64,000 nt of DNA from Microcoleus vaginatus WJT46-NPBG5 (lineage in GTDB: Bacteria; Cyanobacteriota; Cyanobacteriia; Cyanobacteriales; Oscillatoriaceae), in NCBI GenBank assembly GCA_019359355.1, contig JAHHHM010000015.1, positions 45,147 to 109,146 on the forward strand. Reading direction: 5' to 3'. Shown piece after piece: positions 1-10,815 of the stretch. Position 1 is the first letter of the stretch. Every line of letters starts with the position of its first letter. A program made the translations under genes and the position numbers. The notes beneath the pieces are model-generated. The model was not told where the DNA came from. It ran no database searches and was given only the letters and a program-made list of their open reading frames with translations.

Positions 1-357
1 CACCTTACGCCCTTTGTTACCGGCAGCATTCATTAATTTAATTAACCCAGGCTCCAAATTATAGCCGTTGTAGAGAATCAAATCTGCTTTTTCTAAGGCA
101 ACACTATCTGCCGGCACCGGCTCGTAAACGTGAGGATCTGCACCCGGTTGCAAGATGCCGGTGAGCTGTATTTCATCCCCCGCCACTTCTTCCGTTAAAT
201 CCTCAATAATCGTACTCGTAGCTACCACATTTGGCTTATCACTGGTTGATGCTTCACGATTTCCTCCCTGGGGACTACACCCACTAAACCAAAGTCCCAA
301 AACAACCGCAACTGCCGGCAGCCAAAGGTTTCTGATGCTTCGTGTGTGAGTAATCAC
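1..357 (-). CDS. mntC: Metal (Mn/Zn) ABC transporter periplasmic substrate-binding lipoprotein, TroA/MntC-like; N-terminal part only, gene runs off window start
   Basis: Minus-strand frame from GTG at 357-355 reads MITHTRSIRNLWLPAVAVVLGLWFSGCS (signal peptide, lipobox-like FSGC) then KPNVVATSTIIEDLTEEVAGDEIQLTGILQPGADPHVYEPVPADSVALEKADLILYNGYNLEPGLIKL, the conserved N-lobe of cluster-9 metal-binding proteins. In-frame stop lies upstream at 378-376 and none before position 1. Absent from the ORF track, which listed no ORF in this frame. Confidence 0.75.
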   Translation of the reverse strand, partial: MITHTRSIRNLWLPAVAVVLGLWFSGCSPQGGNREASTSDKPNVVATSTIIEDLTEEVAGDEIQLTGILQPGADPHVYEPVPADSVALEKADLILYNGYNLEPGLIKLMNAAGNKGRKV

Positions 358-455
358 TTTTGTATATCTCTCGGATTATTTCTCTTTATAGATTTTTTCA
401 TATTCCTTTCATTTTTGCAGTAGGCTGTAAAGAAAGCATTCCAACAGAGCAGGTT

Positions 456-1265
456 ATGAAGACCGTCAAGTTATCCCGCGATCTTGATATATCCCAACTC
501 GGACATCAATTTAACGACACCCTATTAAGTTCCGATCTCATGATTACCGTTAGTCATTTAGGTGTCCAGTACCGCACGGTAGAGGCGTTGCGTGATGCAA
601 GCTGTGTTGTGCGCGGCGGACGACTCACCGGCATTATTGGGCCAAACGGTGCGGGGAAAAGTACCCTCTTAAAGGCAATGCTGGGATTAGTCCCCGCCAC
701 CAGTGGCCAAGTTCTCTACGGGGAGAAAACCCTGTCAGAACAGTTGCAGCAAGTGGCTTATGTGCCGCAACGTTCGCAAATTGACTGGACTTACCCCGCC
801 ACTGTCTGGGATGTGGTGATGATGGGACGCGTTAGAAAAACCGGCTGGTTTCGCCGCTTCTCTACAGTCAGCCGGCAAGTTGCTGCAAATGCCTTAGATC
901 GCGTTGGCATGAGTGACTACCACAATCGGCGAATTGGCGATCTTTCCGGGGGACAGCAGCAGCGCGTGTTTCTGGCGAGAGCACTCGCTCAAGAAGCAGA
1001 GGTTTTTTGTTTCGATGAGCCGTTTGTTGGCATTGATCAAAAGACTCAAGCGGTAATATTTGATATTTTCCATGAATTAGCATCAAAGGGTAAAATTGTC
1101 CTCGTTGTTAACCATGATCTAGGGGCATCAATTACTCACTTTGATGATTTGATTTTGCTGAATACTGAAGTTGTGGCAACCGGCAGCCGGCAGCAAGTTC
1201 TCAGTCGAGAAAACTTGTATCGCGCCTATGGGGGTAAAGTCATGTTCTTTTCTGAAGCAGCATAA
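456..1265 (+). CDS. mntA: Metal ABC transporter ATP-binding protein (MntA/ZnuC-like)
   Basis: Walker A GPNGAGKST, ABC signature LSGGQQQRV, Walker B VFCFDEP. ORF 360..1265 has an implausible N-extension; the MKTVKLSRD start at 456 gives the typical 270 aa. Confidence 0.85.
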   Translation: MKTVKLSRDLDISQLGHQFNDTLLSSDLMITVSHLGVQYRTVEALRDASCVVRGGRLTGIIGPNGAGKSTLLKAMLGLVPATSGQVLYGEKTLSEQLQQVAYVPQRSQIDWTYPATVWDVVMMGRVRKTGWFRRFSTVSRQVAANALDRVGMSDYHNRRIGDLSGGQQQRVFLARALAQEAEVFCFDEPFVGIDQKTQAVIFDIFHELASKGKIVLVVNHDLGASITHFDDLILLNTEVVATGSRQQVLSRENLYRAYGGKVMFFSEAA

Positions 1266-1331
1266 CTCTCAAACTTTGCGGGTGTACCCGAAACCAAACC
1301 CCAACTCATGCTGTTTTTATCCTAAATTATT

Positions 1332-2228
1332 ATGCTTGAAGCTTTAATTGAGCCGCTACAATATGGATTCATGCAGCGCTCACTTATTATTGCCATTTTA
1401 GTTGGCTCAATTTGCGCTGTTGTTGGCAGTTACTTAATGGTGCAGCGCCTCGCTTTACTGGGTGATGCCATCAGTCATTCTGTGCTGCCGGGGTTGGCGG
1501 TTGCGTTTTTTTTGGGCGTCAATATTTTCGTGGGGGCGTTCATTGCCGGCATTCTCAGCGCAATGGCAATTGCCTGGATTCGCACGCGCTCACCCATCAA
1601 AGAAGATGCGGCAATGGGCATTGTCTTTTCGGCATTTTTTGCCCTTGGAATTACGTTAATTACGGTTATCCAGAAAGATAACAAAATTGATCTCAATCAC
1701 TTTTTGTTTGGCAACATTCTGGGTGTGACAGCGTTGGAAGTTCGAGACACTGCTATCATTGCGGCAATTGTTATGGTGGTTGTGGTGCTGCTGTACAAAG
1801 AATTACTGTTCTATACGTTTGATCCGGCAGGTGCTCAGGCGGCCGGGTTGCCGGTTAATTTACTTAATTTTGGCTTGATGGTATTGATCGCCCTAACAGT
1901 GGTGGCGAGTATGAAATCTGTAGGTGTAATTTTAGTTTTGTCGCTGCTCATTACGCCTGGAGCAACAGCTTATCTGTTAGTTTCTCGCCTTCATCTAGTC
2001 ATGATTTTAGGTGCCGGCATTGGGGTTGTTTCTAGCATTGCCGGTATGTATCTTAGCTATTTTTATAACGTGCCTTCTGGCCCTGCTATTGTTCTCGTTA
2101 CATCCGGGTTGTTTGTGTTAGCGTTGTTGTTTAGTCCGAGTCAGGGCATTTTTACTCAGCGCCGATCAGGTTCGAGGCAGATGCCGGTGTGGCAGGAGTT
2201 GAAAGCTTTAATGCGTTCTCGTTCGTGA
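1332..2228 (+). CDS. mntB: Metal ABC transporter permease (ABC-3 / MntB-ZnuB family)
   Basis: 298 aa polytopic membrane protein immediately after the ATPase; typical ABC-3 permease composition with a Gly/Ala-rich TM core. Confidence 0.8.
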   Translation: MLEALIEPLQYGFMQRSLIIAILVGSICAVVGSYLMVQRLALLGDAISHSVLPGLAVAFFLGVNIFVGAFIAGILSAMAIAWIRTRSPIKEDAAMGIVFSAFFALGITLITVIQKDNKIDLNHFLFGNILGVTALEVRDTAIIAAIVMVVVVLLYKELLFYTFDPAGAQAAGLPVNLLNFGLMVLIALTVVASMKSVGVILVLSLLITPGATAYLLVSRLHLVMILGAGIGVVSSIAGMYLSYFYNVPSGPAIVLVTSGLFVLALLFSPSQGIFTQRRSGSRQMPVWQELKALMRSRS

Positions 2229-2536
2229 AGCGGTTGCCTCCGCTACAAAACCAGATCATTTGTTTCTTAAAAAGTCTAAGTAGATCTTCATAATTATTTG
2301 TAGGTTGGCTTAGCGTAGCGAATTTTTACTCATACAGTCGGCATATTGAGCTGGCAGATGCAGAGGTAGAATTGGATAAATTGGAATTTTCTATATTTGG
2401 CTTAAAGTTGATCGCGGATAAAAGCCAACCGGCACTTGGGAATTTATAAACGCTTTCTTGCTGGCAAGCGTCTAACGAATCGCGGTAGCATAACAAAAGT
2501 TAATATTTTACTCAGATTGAGTAGTAGCGAGGCGCG

Positions 2537-2995
2537 ATGACAGTCAAAGTTGGAGACACTGCTCCCGATTTCACCCTACCTTCTCAAGCCGGCACCCCCG
2601 TCAGCCTCCACGATTTCCGAGGCAAAAAGGCTGTTGTGCTGTATTTTTACCCCAAAGACGACACCCCAGGCTGTACGACTCAATCCTGCGCTTTCCGCGA
2701 TAAGTACGAAGCGTTTAAGGATGCCGGTGCCGAAGTAATTGGCGTCAGCGGCGACTCCCTGGCGTCTCACCAGCAATTTGCCACCAAACACAATCTCCCT
2801 TTCACCCTGTTAAGCGACACCGGCAACCTATTGCGGAAGCTTTTCGGCGTACCGTCAACCTTGGGAATCCTTCCCGGTAGAGTGACTTATGTCATTGATC
2901 GCGATGGCATTGTGCGGCATATCTTTAACTCCCAGATGAACTTTAAAGCTCATATTGAGGAGTCGCTGAAAACGTTGCGGCAAATCCAAGTTTAG
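2537..2995 (+). CDS. bcp: Peroxiredoxin Q / bacterioferritin comigratory protein (thiol peroxidase)
   Basis: 152 aa; Prx active-site motif [15 protein letters not shown] with the resolving Cys five residues later, typical of Bcp/PrxQ. Confidence 0.85.
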   Translation: MTVKVGDTAPDFTLPSQAGTPVSLHDFRGKKAVVLYFYPKDDTPGCTTQSCAFRDKYEAFKDAGAEVIGVSGDSLASHQQFATKHNLPFTLLSDTGNLLRKLFGVPSTLGILPGRVTYVIDRDGIVRHIFNSQMNFKAHIEESLKTLRQIQV

Positions 2996-3014
2996 GAACC
3001 ATTAAGAAGTAAGC

Positions 3015-3062
3015 AGAAGCGAGAAGTGAAAAAGTTATTTCTTTCTTTTCGCTTCTCTTTTG
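3015..3062 (+). terminator. Candidate intrinsic terminator after bcp (possibly bidirectional)
   Basis: agaagcgagaag (3015-3026) pairs with cttttcgcttct (3045-3056), a 12-bp stem with one mismatch, followed by cttt; lies between converging bcp and the 3192..3551 minus-strand gene. Confidence 0.4.
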
Positions 3063-3191
3063 AGAATTAATTGACAATTGTGTACTCAAAAGTGAGCTGG
3101 CCTCTTGTCTGGAGTAAACCAGTGCTTGTATGCGCCAACTTAAACCTCTGGTGCGTTTGCAATTGCCAAAGTTAAAGGTAATAACTGTCAA

Positions 3192-3551
3192 TCAAAATCT
3201 GTTTTCTAATTCTCTCCGAATTTTATATATATACGCTTTTGTTACTTTTAAATACTCCTTAATGGCATCCGCGTGTAATTGTGCAGCTTCAGCGTGTTCC
3301 TCTGCTGATCTCACATACATTTCTGTAGAGTCTGAATTGTTTTCGGGGATTGCTTGAGCAAATTCTTGGGATGACCGAGCGTGTTCCTGTATTCTCTTTC
3401 CGTACTCTTCGATTAACTTTCCCTCTTCTTCTGCGTCTTTTCTCAGATCCTTGATAGCGTTCCCACACTTTTCGACTAACTTGCCATGTTTTTCTGACAA
3501 GCTAGCGTGTTTGTGTGCCGCCTTGGCGTGTTCCTCTGAAATTTCATGCAT
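3192..3551 (-). CDS. Small hypothetical charged protein with three internal EEHA-x-AA repeats
   Basis: 119 aa, Glu/Lys/His-rich, no membrane segment. Repeats EEHAKAAHKH / EHARSSQEFAQ / EEHAEAAQLHAD. No family recognised. Confidence 0.45.
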   Translation of the reverse strand: MHEISEEHAKAAHKHASLSEKHGKLVEKCGNAIKDLRKDAEEEGKLIEEYGKRIQEHARSSQEFAQAIPENNSDSTEMYVRSAEEHAEAAQLHADAIKEYLKVTKAYIYKIRRELENRF

Positions 3552-3812
3552 GAGTCACCTTCCTCTTAGCCTGAGAATCGATCTGTTAGACATTGAAATC
3601 GTTTGATTTTAATACTTGTCTGCCTTAGCGCTCGTCTGACTTAAGATTGATATGCGTTTATCTATTAATCGCGACTAGCAGAGGTTAATGTTGAGCCGGC
3701 TTTATTATTAAATTATTTCAAATTGTCTGTTATATTTGTAAGCCTTGAAATGGGGCCGGCAATGCCCGATCTGCGCTGAGCGAGCGGGCATCACCGGCTG
3801 CTTACTTAGAAC

Positions 3813-4475
3813 TTATATCTGCCCAGATTTTGACTTTTCCGGACTCGCACTATTGCTGTGAGCGGTCTTTCCGTTTTTACCATTGGTCTGGCCATTGCCG
3901 TTACGCGGTTGAATCACCCCATAACCGCCGTGGTGTTTTCGTTCGTATATGACGTTAATCTCCCCGCTTTCGGCATTGCGGAACATATAGAAATCGTGGT
4001 CGATGACCTGTAGCTGTTCTAAGGCTTCAGCAATTGTCATTGCCGGCATGGCGAAATACTTTGTCCGTACCACTTCGCTGGGAAGTTCAGCAGTGCGATC
4101 ACCAATTAAATCGGGCACCACTTGCTCTTGTTCCGGAACCTCCACAGTGGCGGTTGGTTGAACGTTCGTTTTTTGCTCGTGGCGTTTTTCTTTATATTTA
4201 CGCAACTGCCGAGCGATCTTATCCGCGACTAAATCGATGCTGGCATATAAGGTTTCGCTGCTTTCTTCGGCACGGATCACCGTTCCGTTGGCGTAGATCG
4301 TCACTTCAGCCGCTTGATTCGGGGTGATCCGAGGATTTCGAGCTACTGACAGATGCACATCCACTTCCATTGTCAAGTTCTGAAAGTGACTCACCGCTTT
4401 CTCAATCTTTTGATTGACGTACTCACGAATCGCATCGGTGATTTCAATATTTTTGCCGTGGATAACAAGCTTCAT
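3813..4475 (-). CDS. hpf: Ribosome hibernation promoting factor, long form (light-repressed protein A)
   Basis: N-terminus [31 protein letters not shown]... is the canonical HPF/RaiA fold start; 220 aa with a C-terminal dimerisation domain as in the cyanobacterial LrtA. Confidence 0.85.
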   Translation of the reverse strand: MKLVIHGKNIEITDAIREYVNQKIEKAVSHFQNLTMEVDVHLSVARNPRITPNQAAEVTIYANGTVIRAEESSETLYASIDLVADKIARQLRKYKEKRHEQKTNVQPTATVEVPEQEQVVPDLIGDRTAELPSEVVRTKYFAMPAMTIAEALEQLQVIDHDFYMFRNAESGEINVIYERKHHGGYGVIQPRNGNGQTNGKNGKTAHSNSASPEKSKSGQI

Positions 4476-5056
4476 ATTCTATCTTTCCGCTGAATTCCCC
4501 ATCTGTGGTAAAGGTGTAAGGCAGAAGGTGGAATTAATTGTTTTTCCTTCATCCTTCATCCTTTCAGCGTGGGGGGAAAGCGGGGCGGAGATTACCGCTT
4601 CCCTTGATCCAATGGTTTCGCCCGTTTTCAGGGACTTTTTGTTAAAACCGGAGCTGAGAATGTGGGTAATTCTCTGCTATCAAGGCGTTGGGCTTGATTC
4701 CCATTTTTGCTGTGTTTGTCTTTGCTTGCGCCAGCCTGAGTGAGAGGATTGGCTTCGTGTCCGGCTTAGTGTAGTAACCGGCGATGCGTCGCTCTTTTGT
4801 GTCCTCAGGCGTTCGACCTTGAAGGGTTATGAATTAACCAGGGCAGATTCTTCTACTTGCAACCAGCTCTCCTCAGCGCATTAAGAAGGGGTTGTACCAA
4901 CCAAGTCCTCTCCTCGATAAATTAACCTACCTACACCCTATCACTTTGTATTCTGGTGAACAGTGACTTTTGGTTTCTCTTCAAAATCTGTTGCATTCCT
5001 TGAAAAATCGTGATGTCATTCTATTGACTCTTGCCTGAATTTACGTCAAATTCCTC

Positions 5057-5779
5057 TTGCTTTTTTTCATGGATTCGACTACTTTCTCAATTCCCACCGA
5101 ACACCCACAGCCGCAGCGGTATCGTTGTTGGCTCTATAACGAGGCACAAGTTCCTTACTCGCTTGCCTGGAGGTGGCAGCAGTCACTGGTGGCAGCACGC
5201 CGCGACAACCCTGAGTTAGAAGATGTTTTGATTTTGCTGGAGCATCCGCCGGTGTACACGCTGGGACAGGGTGCGAGTTTGGACTTTCTCAAGTTTGACC
5301 CCACCGGCACCGAGTTTGAAGTTCACCGGGTTGAGCGAGGGGGTGAAGTGACTTACCACTGTCCCGGACAGTTGGTTGGCTATCCAATTCTCAATTTGCG
5401 CCGGCATCGGCAGGACTTGCACTGGTATTTGCGCCAACTAGAGGAAGTTTTAATCCAAGTCTTAGAGACTTACGGACTTAAAGGCGAACGCGTTGCCGGC
5501 ATGACAGGGGTTTGGGTGGAAGGGCGCAAAGTTGCAGCCATTGGCATTAAAGTTAGCCGGTGGATTACCATGCACGGGTTTGCCTTAAACGTCTGTCCCA
5601 GCTTAAAAGGATTTGAGCGCATTGTCCCTTGCGGAATATCAGATAAGCCGGTGGGCAGTTTGGCACAATTTATTCCCGGCATTGAGCTAGACTCAGTGCG
5701 TCAAGAAGTGGCTGCCGGTTTCGCCAGAGTGTTTGACCTGCAACTGATTGAGCAATACGAGCTTGATCAATTGTTTTGA
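5057..5779 (+). CDS. lipB: Octanoyltransferase (lipoyl(octanoyl) transferase)
   Basis: Motifs [50 protein letters not shown] match the LipB BPL/LPL catalytic domain. Start may be 5069 (MDSTT). Confidence 0.8.
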   Translation: MLFFMDSTTFSIPTEHPQPQRYRCWLYNEAQVPYSLAWRWQQSLVAARRDNPELEDVLILLEHPPVYTLGQGASLDFLKFDPTGTEFEVHRVERGGEVTYHCPGQLVGYPILNLRRHRQDLHWYLRQLEEVLIQVLETYGLKGERVAGMTGVWVEGRKVAAIGIKVSRWITMHGFALNVCPSLKGFERIVPCGISDKPVGSLAQFIPGIELDSVRQEVAAGFARVFDLQLIEQYELDQLF

Positions 5780-6397
5780 TTGAAGCAAAGGTCAAACGTT
5801 GGAGTGTAAATTTTTTTTACAGCAGTGGAGCCGGTTAAAAATCAAACAAAGAATTTTAACGTTCCTTTATTTTCCCAAATTTCTTAAGGATGGGGCTGCC
5901 GGTAAATTCCCGAAAAATTCCTACGCCGCAAATAGCTGAAATCCAGTCTGATTATTGACTTACCCGTTTACAGCCAATCTCAAATTGAAAATTGAAAATT
6001 AATCTGCAGTAAAATGACCTCTAAAGATTGTTTAAAATTGCCCAAACACTGAATACCAGTAGTTTCTGATACAGAAGGCCATTAAACCGGCTTGCTGATT
6101 ATCAGTGTGGGGAGGGTGCATCTACTGGCTGGAACTTTATTGCATAAGACACCAAACGTCAGATTGTTAAGAGCGCTCTTGGCTCAGTAGCATTCTTTTG
6201 TTTAGTTTGATGTTAATTCTTGTTAAAAATCTCTTTTTCTGTGGTCGAATCTGGGACAAAAGCATCCGGATTATAACGGCATTGCAGACAAGCAAGAAGC
6301 AACTGTTTCCAGCCTAAAAATCCATGTTGAAGCCGGCTGTCATTCAGCAAAGTTGCTTTAGCAGTGCTGCGGCGAGTTTTGAGAGCCTTCCCCAATT

Positions 6398-6751
6398 ATG
6401 AGTAAATCTATTGACCGCGTTGACTCAGCCTTAGCTGAGCTAGTTCGTTTCAGTTTGCGAGCGTTGGCGTCTAAACCGGCCAGACGTTTGCGGCACTTTT
6501 TGGGAAAAGAATCGCAAGGCGGGACAGAGGAGCGAACCAGCACACTGAGCAGTGCCGGTGCAGGAATTGGCAGCTACGCCGCACCCCTATCACCTCTGAG
6601 AGAACGAGACACAACGGCCTTGGCAGACTTGTTTGAGCGAGAGGATCTCGATGAAATTGAAGCAGATGTTAGCATCCATCTGCACTGGTTATGGCCTGAG
6701 CCTTGCTGGGAAGAGGAACCGTTGGACTTTTTTTTAGAAGAGTCTTTTTAA
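6398..6751 (+). CDS. Hypothetical acidic protein
   Basis: 117 aa ORF with an acidic C-terminus; no recognisable domain; coding status uncertain. Confidence 0.3.
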   Translation: MSKSIDRVDSALAELVRFSLRALASKPARRLRHFLGKESQGGTEERTSTLSSAGAGIGSYAAPLSPLRERDTTALADLFEREDLDEIEADVSIHLHWLWPEPCWEEEPLDFFLEESF

Positions 6752-6831
6752 AGAAGATAGGAAAGAGGGGGAGAAATACATTTCATCCCTCATCCCTACC
6801 GTTCTTGTTGGCGCAGCCTTGCCGGATTCCC

Positions 6832-7380
6832 CTAAAAAGGAATTTCATCAAGGGGAGAATCTGAATCGCTCTCAGGGGTGGGAGGGATCGGGGCGGGACG
6901 TGATGCCGGCGGTGGAGTTTGGGGATTAGCAGCAGGAGATTGTTGCCATGAGGGCTTTGATTCCCCGCCGGTAGGGGCGTCACTCCAGCGAGGTGCGGGA
7001 GTGGGTGGAGTCCGCGAACCCAAAGGAACCACATTGCTGGGGGCAGATGCGGTAGCGGCAGGAGAACTGAAGCCGGCAGTTCCTAGGCTGTGTATCCGTT
7101 GAGCCGTTAACTCAGCGCGTTTTTCCTTAAACCCTTCAGGCCGGTCAATCGTGTTCATATTCAACCGGCCTTCAATCACAACCTGATCGCCCTGGTGATA
7201 GCGTTCTTGGATTTCTTGGGCCAGATTTCCCCATCCCACCACCTTCAACGTTGCCGGTGGATCTTCTGCACGGCTGCCGGGAAACTGCACCAGCATCTCA
7301 GCAATCGGGATTTGGTTGTCAGGAGTGTAGCGCAATTGCGGATCTTGAATAATCTCCGCCATCAAAATGCAGCTGTTCAT
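6832..7380 (-). CDS. ssb: Single-stranded DNA-binding protein
   Basis: OB-fold N-domain, Pro/Gly-rich linker and acidic tail ending DEIPF, the SSB hallmark. True start probably the MAEIIQD Met at 7362. Confidence 0.85.
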   Translation of the reverse strand: MNSCILMAEIIQDPQLRYTPDNQIPIAEMLVQFPGSRAEDPPATLKVVGWGNLAQEIQERYHQGDQVVIEGRLNMNTIDRPEGFKEKRAELTAQRIHSLGTAGFSSPAATASAPSNVVPLGSRTPPTPAPRWSDAPTGGESKPSWQQSPAANPQTPPPASRPAPIPPTPESDSDSPLDEIPF

Positions 7381-7466
7381 AAACGAGCGTGTTCCTCTTG
7401 CAGTGGCTAGCGGTTAGCTTTTTTGATAGATCAATCCTTATCTCAAGTTTAGTATGGGCTTGCCGG

Positions 7467-9974
7467 TCACGACTCTTGCGCGATAAACACCTGAATGCGG
7501 TTGCGGTAATCCCGCAAGGTTTCATCCACCCATTCTGGACTGTTGCTGTTCGCGAAGATGTGCACCAACGGTTCACCGGCATCGGGCAAAATTAACACCC
7601 AATTATCCCGGCCCCGATCAAAGACCTTCACCCCATCGACTAACTCCAAACTATCAGTAGAGTGGGTTTCCACCAGATGGCGCATCAAAGCCCCTTTGAT
7701 CGTCCAAGGGCAGCGCATGGTGTAGGAACGATGGACAACGCGAGGCAATTCCGAGCGAATTTGGGCCAGGGAACGCTCTTGCAAGGTCAGCATCTCAATT
7801 AACTTGGCAATGCAGAACATCGCATCAAACCCCGGATGCAGTTGCGGGAAAATAAAGCCCATCTCGCCACTGCCGCCTAAAACCACATTCGGATTCATCT
7901 GACACGCCTCCATTAAGGCTGTGGGATTGGCTTTGGTGCGAATCACTCGACCATCGTGCCGGCGGGCAATTTGCTCAACCGCACTTGAGGTGTGAATCGG
8001 CACAACCACTGTTGCCCTGGGATTTACGGTCAAAATCATATTCACCATCATCGCGGTCAGCATTTCCCCGCGAATGGGGCTACCAGATTCATCAACGAGA
8101 ATCAGCTGTTCCCCATTGGCAGATACCTGGACACCAAAATTAGCCCTGAGCGCTTCCACCACATGACCCAGTTGAATGAGCAGGCTCTCCCGGTCGTCTG
8201 TAGAGGGTGCGCTTTGGTTGAGACTGGCATTGAGCACCACCGCATCACAGCCAAATTTTGCCAGCAGTTGCGGCAGCACGGCTCCAGAAACGGCATAAAC
8301 ATAGTCAATCACCACCTTGGCGCGAGTGTGGTGAATCGCTTCTGTATTAAGATTCTTTTCAAAGGCGATGCTGTACAGATCGAGCACTTGACTGGGGTAA
8401 GCCATGTGGCCGATTTCATGAATCTGCGCTCGCCGAAAGTCTTCTTTGAAATAAGCCCCCTCTATTTTTTTCTCGCGGGCTTTGGTGATATTAATGCCGT
8501 TCTCATCAAAGAATTCTATCAAGAGGGAATCAGCCCGATCAGGGTGCACGCGCACATGAATGCCACCGACAACGGATAAGGTGGGGACAACTGTGCGGGT
8601 TACAGGAATCGCTGTGGCTTCTAGGTTTTGGATATTGGTTCCCACAGACATTAAACCGGCAATCAGGGATCGGGAAACCATGCGGGAGATACTGCGCTGA
8701 TCGCGCGATACCGCGACATTGGCACCGGGTTTTAAGGTGGAACCATAAGCGGCTCCTAATTTGACAGCAAATTCTGGGGTGATGTCGATATTGGCCAGTC
8801 CAGAGACGCCGCGCTGGCCAAAAAGATTGCGCTGGGCGGCGTGACCCCAGATTAAGTTGATGTTTAAAGTTGCCCCAGATTCGATATTTTTGCTGGGCCA
8901 GACTCGCACGCCGGGGCTGACTTGGGCTTCTTCTCCGACGCTTGAGAGCGCCCCAACGACGGCACCTTCTAAGACATGAGCACGCCGGTCTACCCGCACT
9001 CCTCTGGCAGTTACACAGGCTCGCAGATGGGCTTCATCGCCAACAATGACGCCATTCCAGATGATGGGGCGCTTGATGTCGGCATCAGCACCGATGGTGA
9101 CGTTGTCGCCAATGACGGTACCGGCATCAATCTGCACCCGAGGGCCGATCCGGCAGTTGCTGCCGATCAGCGCCGGTGTTTCAATGTGAGCGGTAGAATC
9201 GATATAAGTGTTTTGGCCTATCCACAGTCCTACGGAGCGCTCTTCGTAGGCAAAATCGAGTTTGACTTTGTTATGCAGGCCATCGTACTGGGAGGAGCGG
9301 TAAGCGTCTAGGTTCCCGACATCGCACCAGTATCCCTCTGCAATGTAGCCGTACATTGGCTCATCTCGTTCTAAAAGCAGGGGAAATAAATCGTTGGAAA
9401 AGTCGCTTTCTCGATTAGCCGGCAAATAATCTAAAACTTCGGGTTCTAAAATATAGATGCCGGTGTTGACGGTATCGGAAAAAATTTCGCTCGTGGAAGG
9501 TTTTTCTAAAAACCGGCGAATCCGGCCTTCTTTATCGGTAATCACCACGCCGAATTCAATCGGATTGGGAACGTGGGTGAGAACAATGGTAGCTTTTGAC
9601 TTCTTTTGTTTGTGATACTGAATCGCGGCGGCCAAATTAAAGTCGGTGATGCTGTCACCGCTAATCACTAAAAAGGTTTGGTCTAGCAGTTCTGCAATAT
9701 TCTTAACACAGCCGGCGGTTCCTAATGGCTGATCTTCTTCTACGGCATAGGTCATCTGCACGCCAAAGTCGCTGCCATCTTGGAAGTAGTCGCGCATGAC
9801 ATCTGGCAAATAATGCAGTGTCGCAATAATTTCTGTAATATTGTGCCTTCTGAGAAGATTGATGATGTGCTCAGCAATCGGTCGATTCAGGATAGGCACC
9901 ATCGGTTTGGGCAGATCGCAAGTCAGCGGTCTCAGCCGCGTTCCTGAGCCTCCAGCCATTAGCACTGCTCGCAT
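7467..9974 (-). CDS. Bifunctional mannose-1-phosphate guanylyltransferase / phosphomannomutase-type protein
   Basis: 835 aa: N-terminal NTP-transferase ([13 protein letters not shown]), hexapeptide-repeat beta-helix in the middle, C-terminal phosphohexomutase domains. Confidence 0.75.
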   Translation of the reverse strand: MRAVLMAGGSGTRLRPLTCDLPKPMVPILNRPIAEHIINLLRRHNITEIIATLHYLPDVMRDYFQDGSDFGVQMTYAVEEDQPLGTAGCVKNIAELLDQTFLVISGDSITDFNLAAAIQYHKQKKSKATIVLTHVPNPIEFGVVITDKEGRIRRFLEKPSTSEIFSDTVNTGIYILEPEVLDYLPANRESDFSNDLFPLLLERDEPMYGYIAEGYWCDVGNLDAYRSSQYDGLHNKVKLDFAYEERSVGLWIGQNTYIDSTAHIETPALIGSNCRIGPRVQIDAGTVIGDNVTIGADADIKRPIIWNGVIVGDEAHLRACVTARGVRVDRRAHVLEGAVVGALSSVGEEAQVSPGVRVWPSKNIESGATLNINLIWGHAAQRNLFGQRGVSGLANIDITPEFAVKLGAAYGSTLKPGANVAVSRDQRSISRMVSRSLIAGLMSVGTNIQNLEATAIPVTRTVVPTLSVVGGIHVRVHPDRADSLLIEFFDENGINITKAREKKIEGAYFKEDFRRAQIHEIGHMAYPSQVLDLYSIAFEKNLNTEAIHHTRAKVVIDYVYAVSGAVLPQLLAKFGCDAVVLNASLNQSAPSTDDRESLLIQLGHVVEALRANFGVQVSANGEQLILVDESGSPIRGEMLTAMMVNMILTVNPRATVVVPIHTSSAVEQIARRHDGRVIRTKANPTALMEACQMNPNVVLGGSGEMGFIFPQLHPGFDAMFCIAKLIEMLTLQERSLAQIRSELPRVVHRSYTMRCPWTIKGALMRHLVETHSTDSLELVDGVKVFDRGRDNWVLILPDAGEPLVHIFANSNSPEWVDETLRDYRNRIQVFIAQES

Positions 9975-10613
9975 AATTCCTCCTTAGCTGTTTGCACGCT
10001 TCATTACATCGTGGCGAATTCTGCGCGTTCGGATGGTCGCTCTCTAGTCTCCATCTGAGGTAGAACTCTAGGCTCCTACTCAGATGCGTTCTTGCTTCAG
10101 AATAGGTTGGCTTTTACAGCCGCTCCTCAATATAGATTATCGGATGAATTTACAGCCGTTGTGGGGACGAGATTTGGCCGCTGTGTGACAGGATGAATCA
10201 GATCATGCTTAATCTTTAATATTTATTAAATATTAGTTGGGGTTGGCTGTCGCACAGTTGCGTGTTGAAAGCGCTAGAGTTGCTGGGCATTAAACAACGC
10301 TGAACCTTTGTAGAAGGATAGGGCGGTGTAAAGTTTTCCGGTTTGGGAATAAGACCCAGGCAGACAGGTGGGTAAACTGGATAAACTAGAACAGAAGCTA
10401 AGCTTCTTTGAAGTGTCGCTAAAATTCGCTTGTTAGCGTACCTGAACGAAAACATGAGGCCATTACCGGCCCGCAGGTCGATCCGCGTAGTCAAGCTGTT
10501 GCAGCGAAGGGTTTGAGCCGTTCTCGCTGTAATCTACTCTTACCTGATGGTTAGATTCGGCTTGATGTTTTCAATCTTAATTTCTTTAGTCATTCTGGGA
10601 ATAGATTGTAATT

Positions 10614-10808
10614 ATGGGTCAGTTTATCTTTTTCGCCTTGCTAGTAGGTTATGGAGTGGGGATGTGGAAGTTTTGGAAGGGGTTTGAGCGCACGAATTTT
10701 GAGCGCTCTCTACCCAACCGGCTGAAGTTAGCTCTGTTATGGCCGGGGCTATGGGTGGCAAATCCGTCCTATCGCAAGAATTTCACTAAGGCACTAAAGG
10801 GCCGATAA
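10614..10808 (+). CDS. Small hydrophobic hypothetical protein
   Basis: 64 aa, one predicted TM helix, ends 8 nt before the methyltransferase gene (possible co-transcription). Confidence 0.35.
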   Translation: MGQFIFFALLVGYGVGMWKFWKGFERTNFERSLPNRLKLALLWPGLWVANPSYRKNFTKALKGR

Positions 10809-10815
10809 TGAACTG

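Noticed and set aside
155-349. 64-aa plus-strand ORF at the window start
   Set aside because: Antisense to the much better supported minus-strand MntC-like solute-binding protein gene; no motifs.
868-1696. Short ORFs 868..1086(-), 1462..1659(+), 1475..1696(-)
   Set aside because: Embedded in or antisense to the ABC ATPase and permease genes; frame-shadow ORFs.
6240-6260. tRNA-like TpsiC arm (ggtcgaatctgg)
   Set aside because: No acceptor stem or anticodon arm can be built around it; isolated chance match.
7992-8579. 195-aa plus-strand ORF
   Set aside because: Entirely antisense within the 835-aa sugar-nucleotide enzyme gene; His/Cys-rich low-complexity translation typical of antisense frames.
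10216-10494. 92-aa minus-strand ORF in the 9975-10613 intergenic region
   Set aside because: No recognisable features and sits in the divergent promoter region; an AT palindrome (taatatttattaaatatta, about 10218) was also noted but has no clear role.
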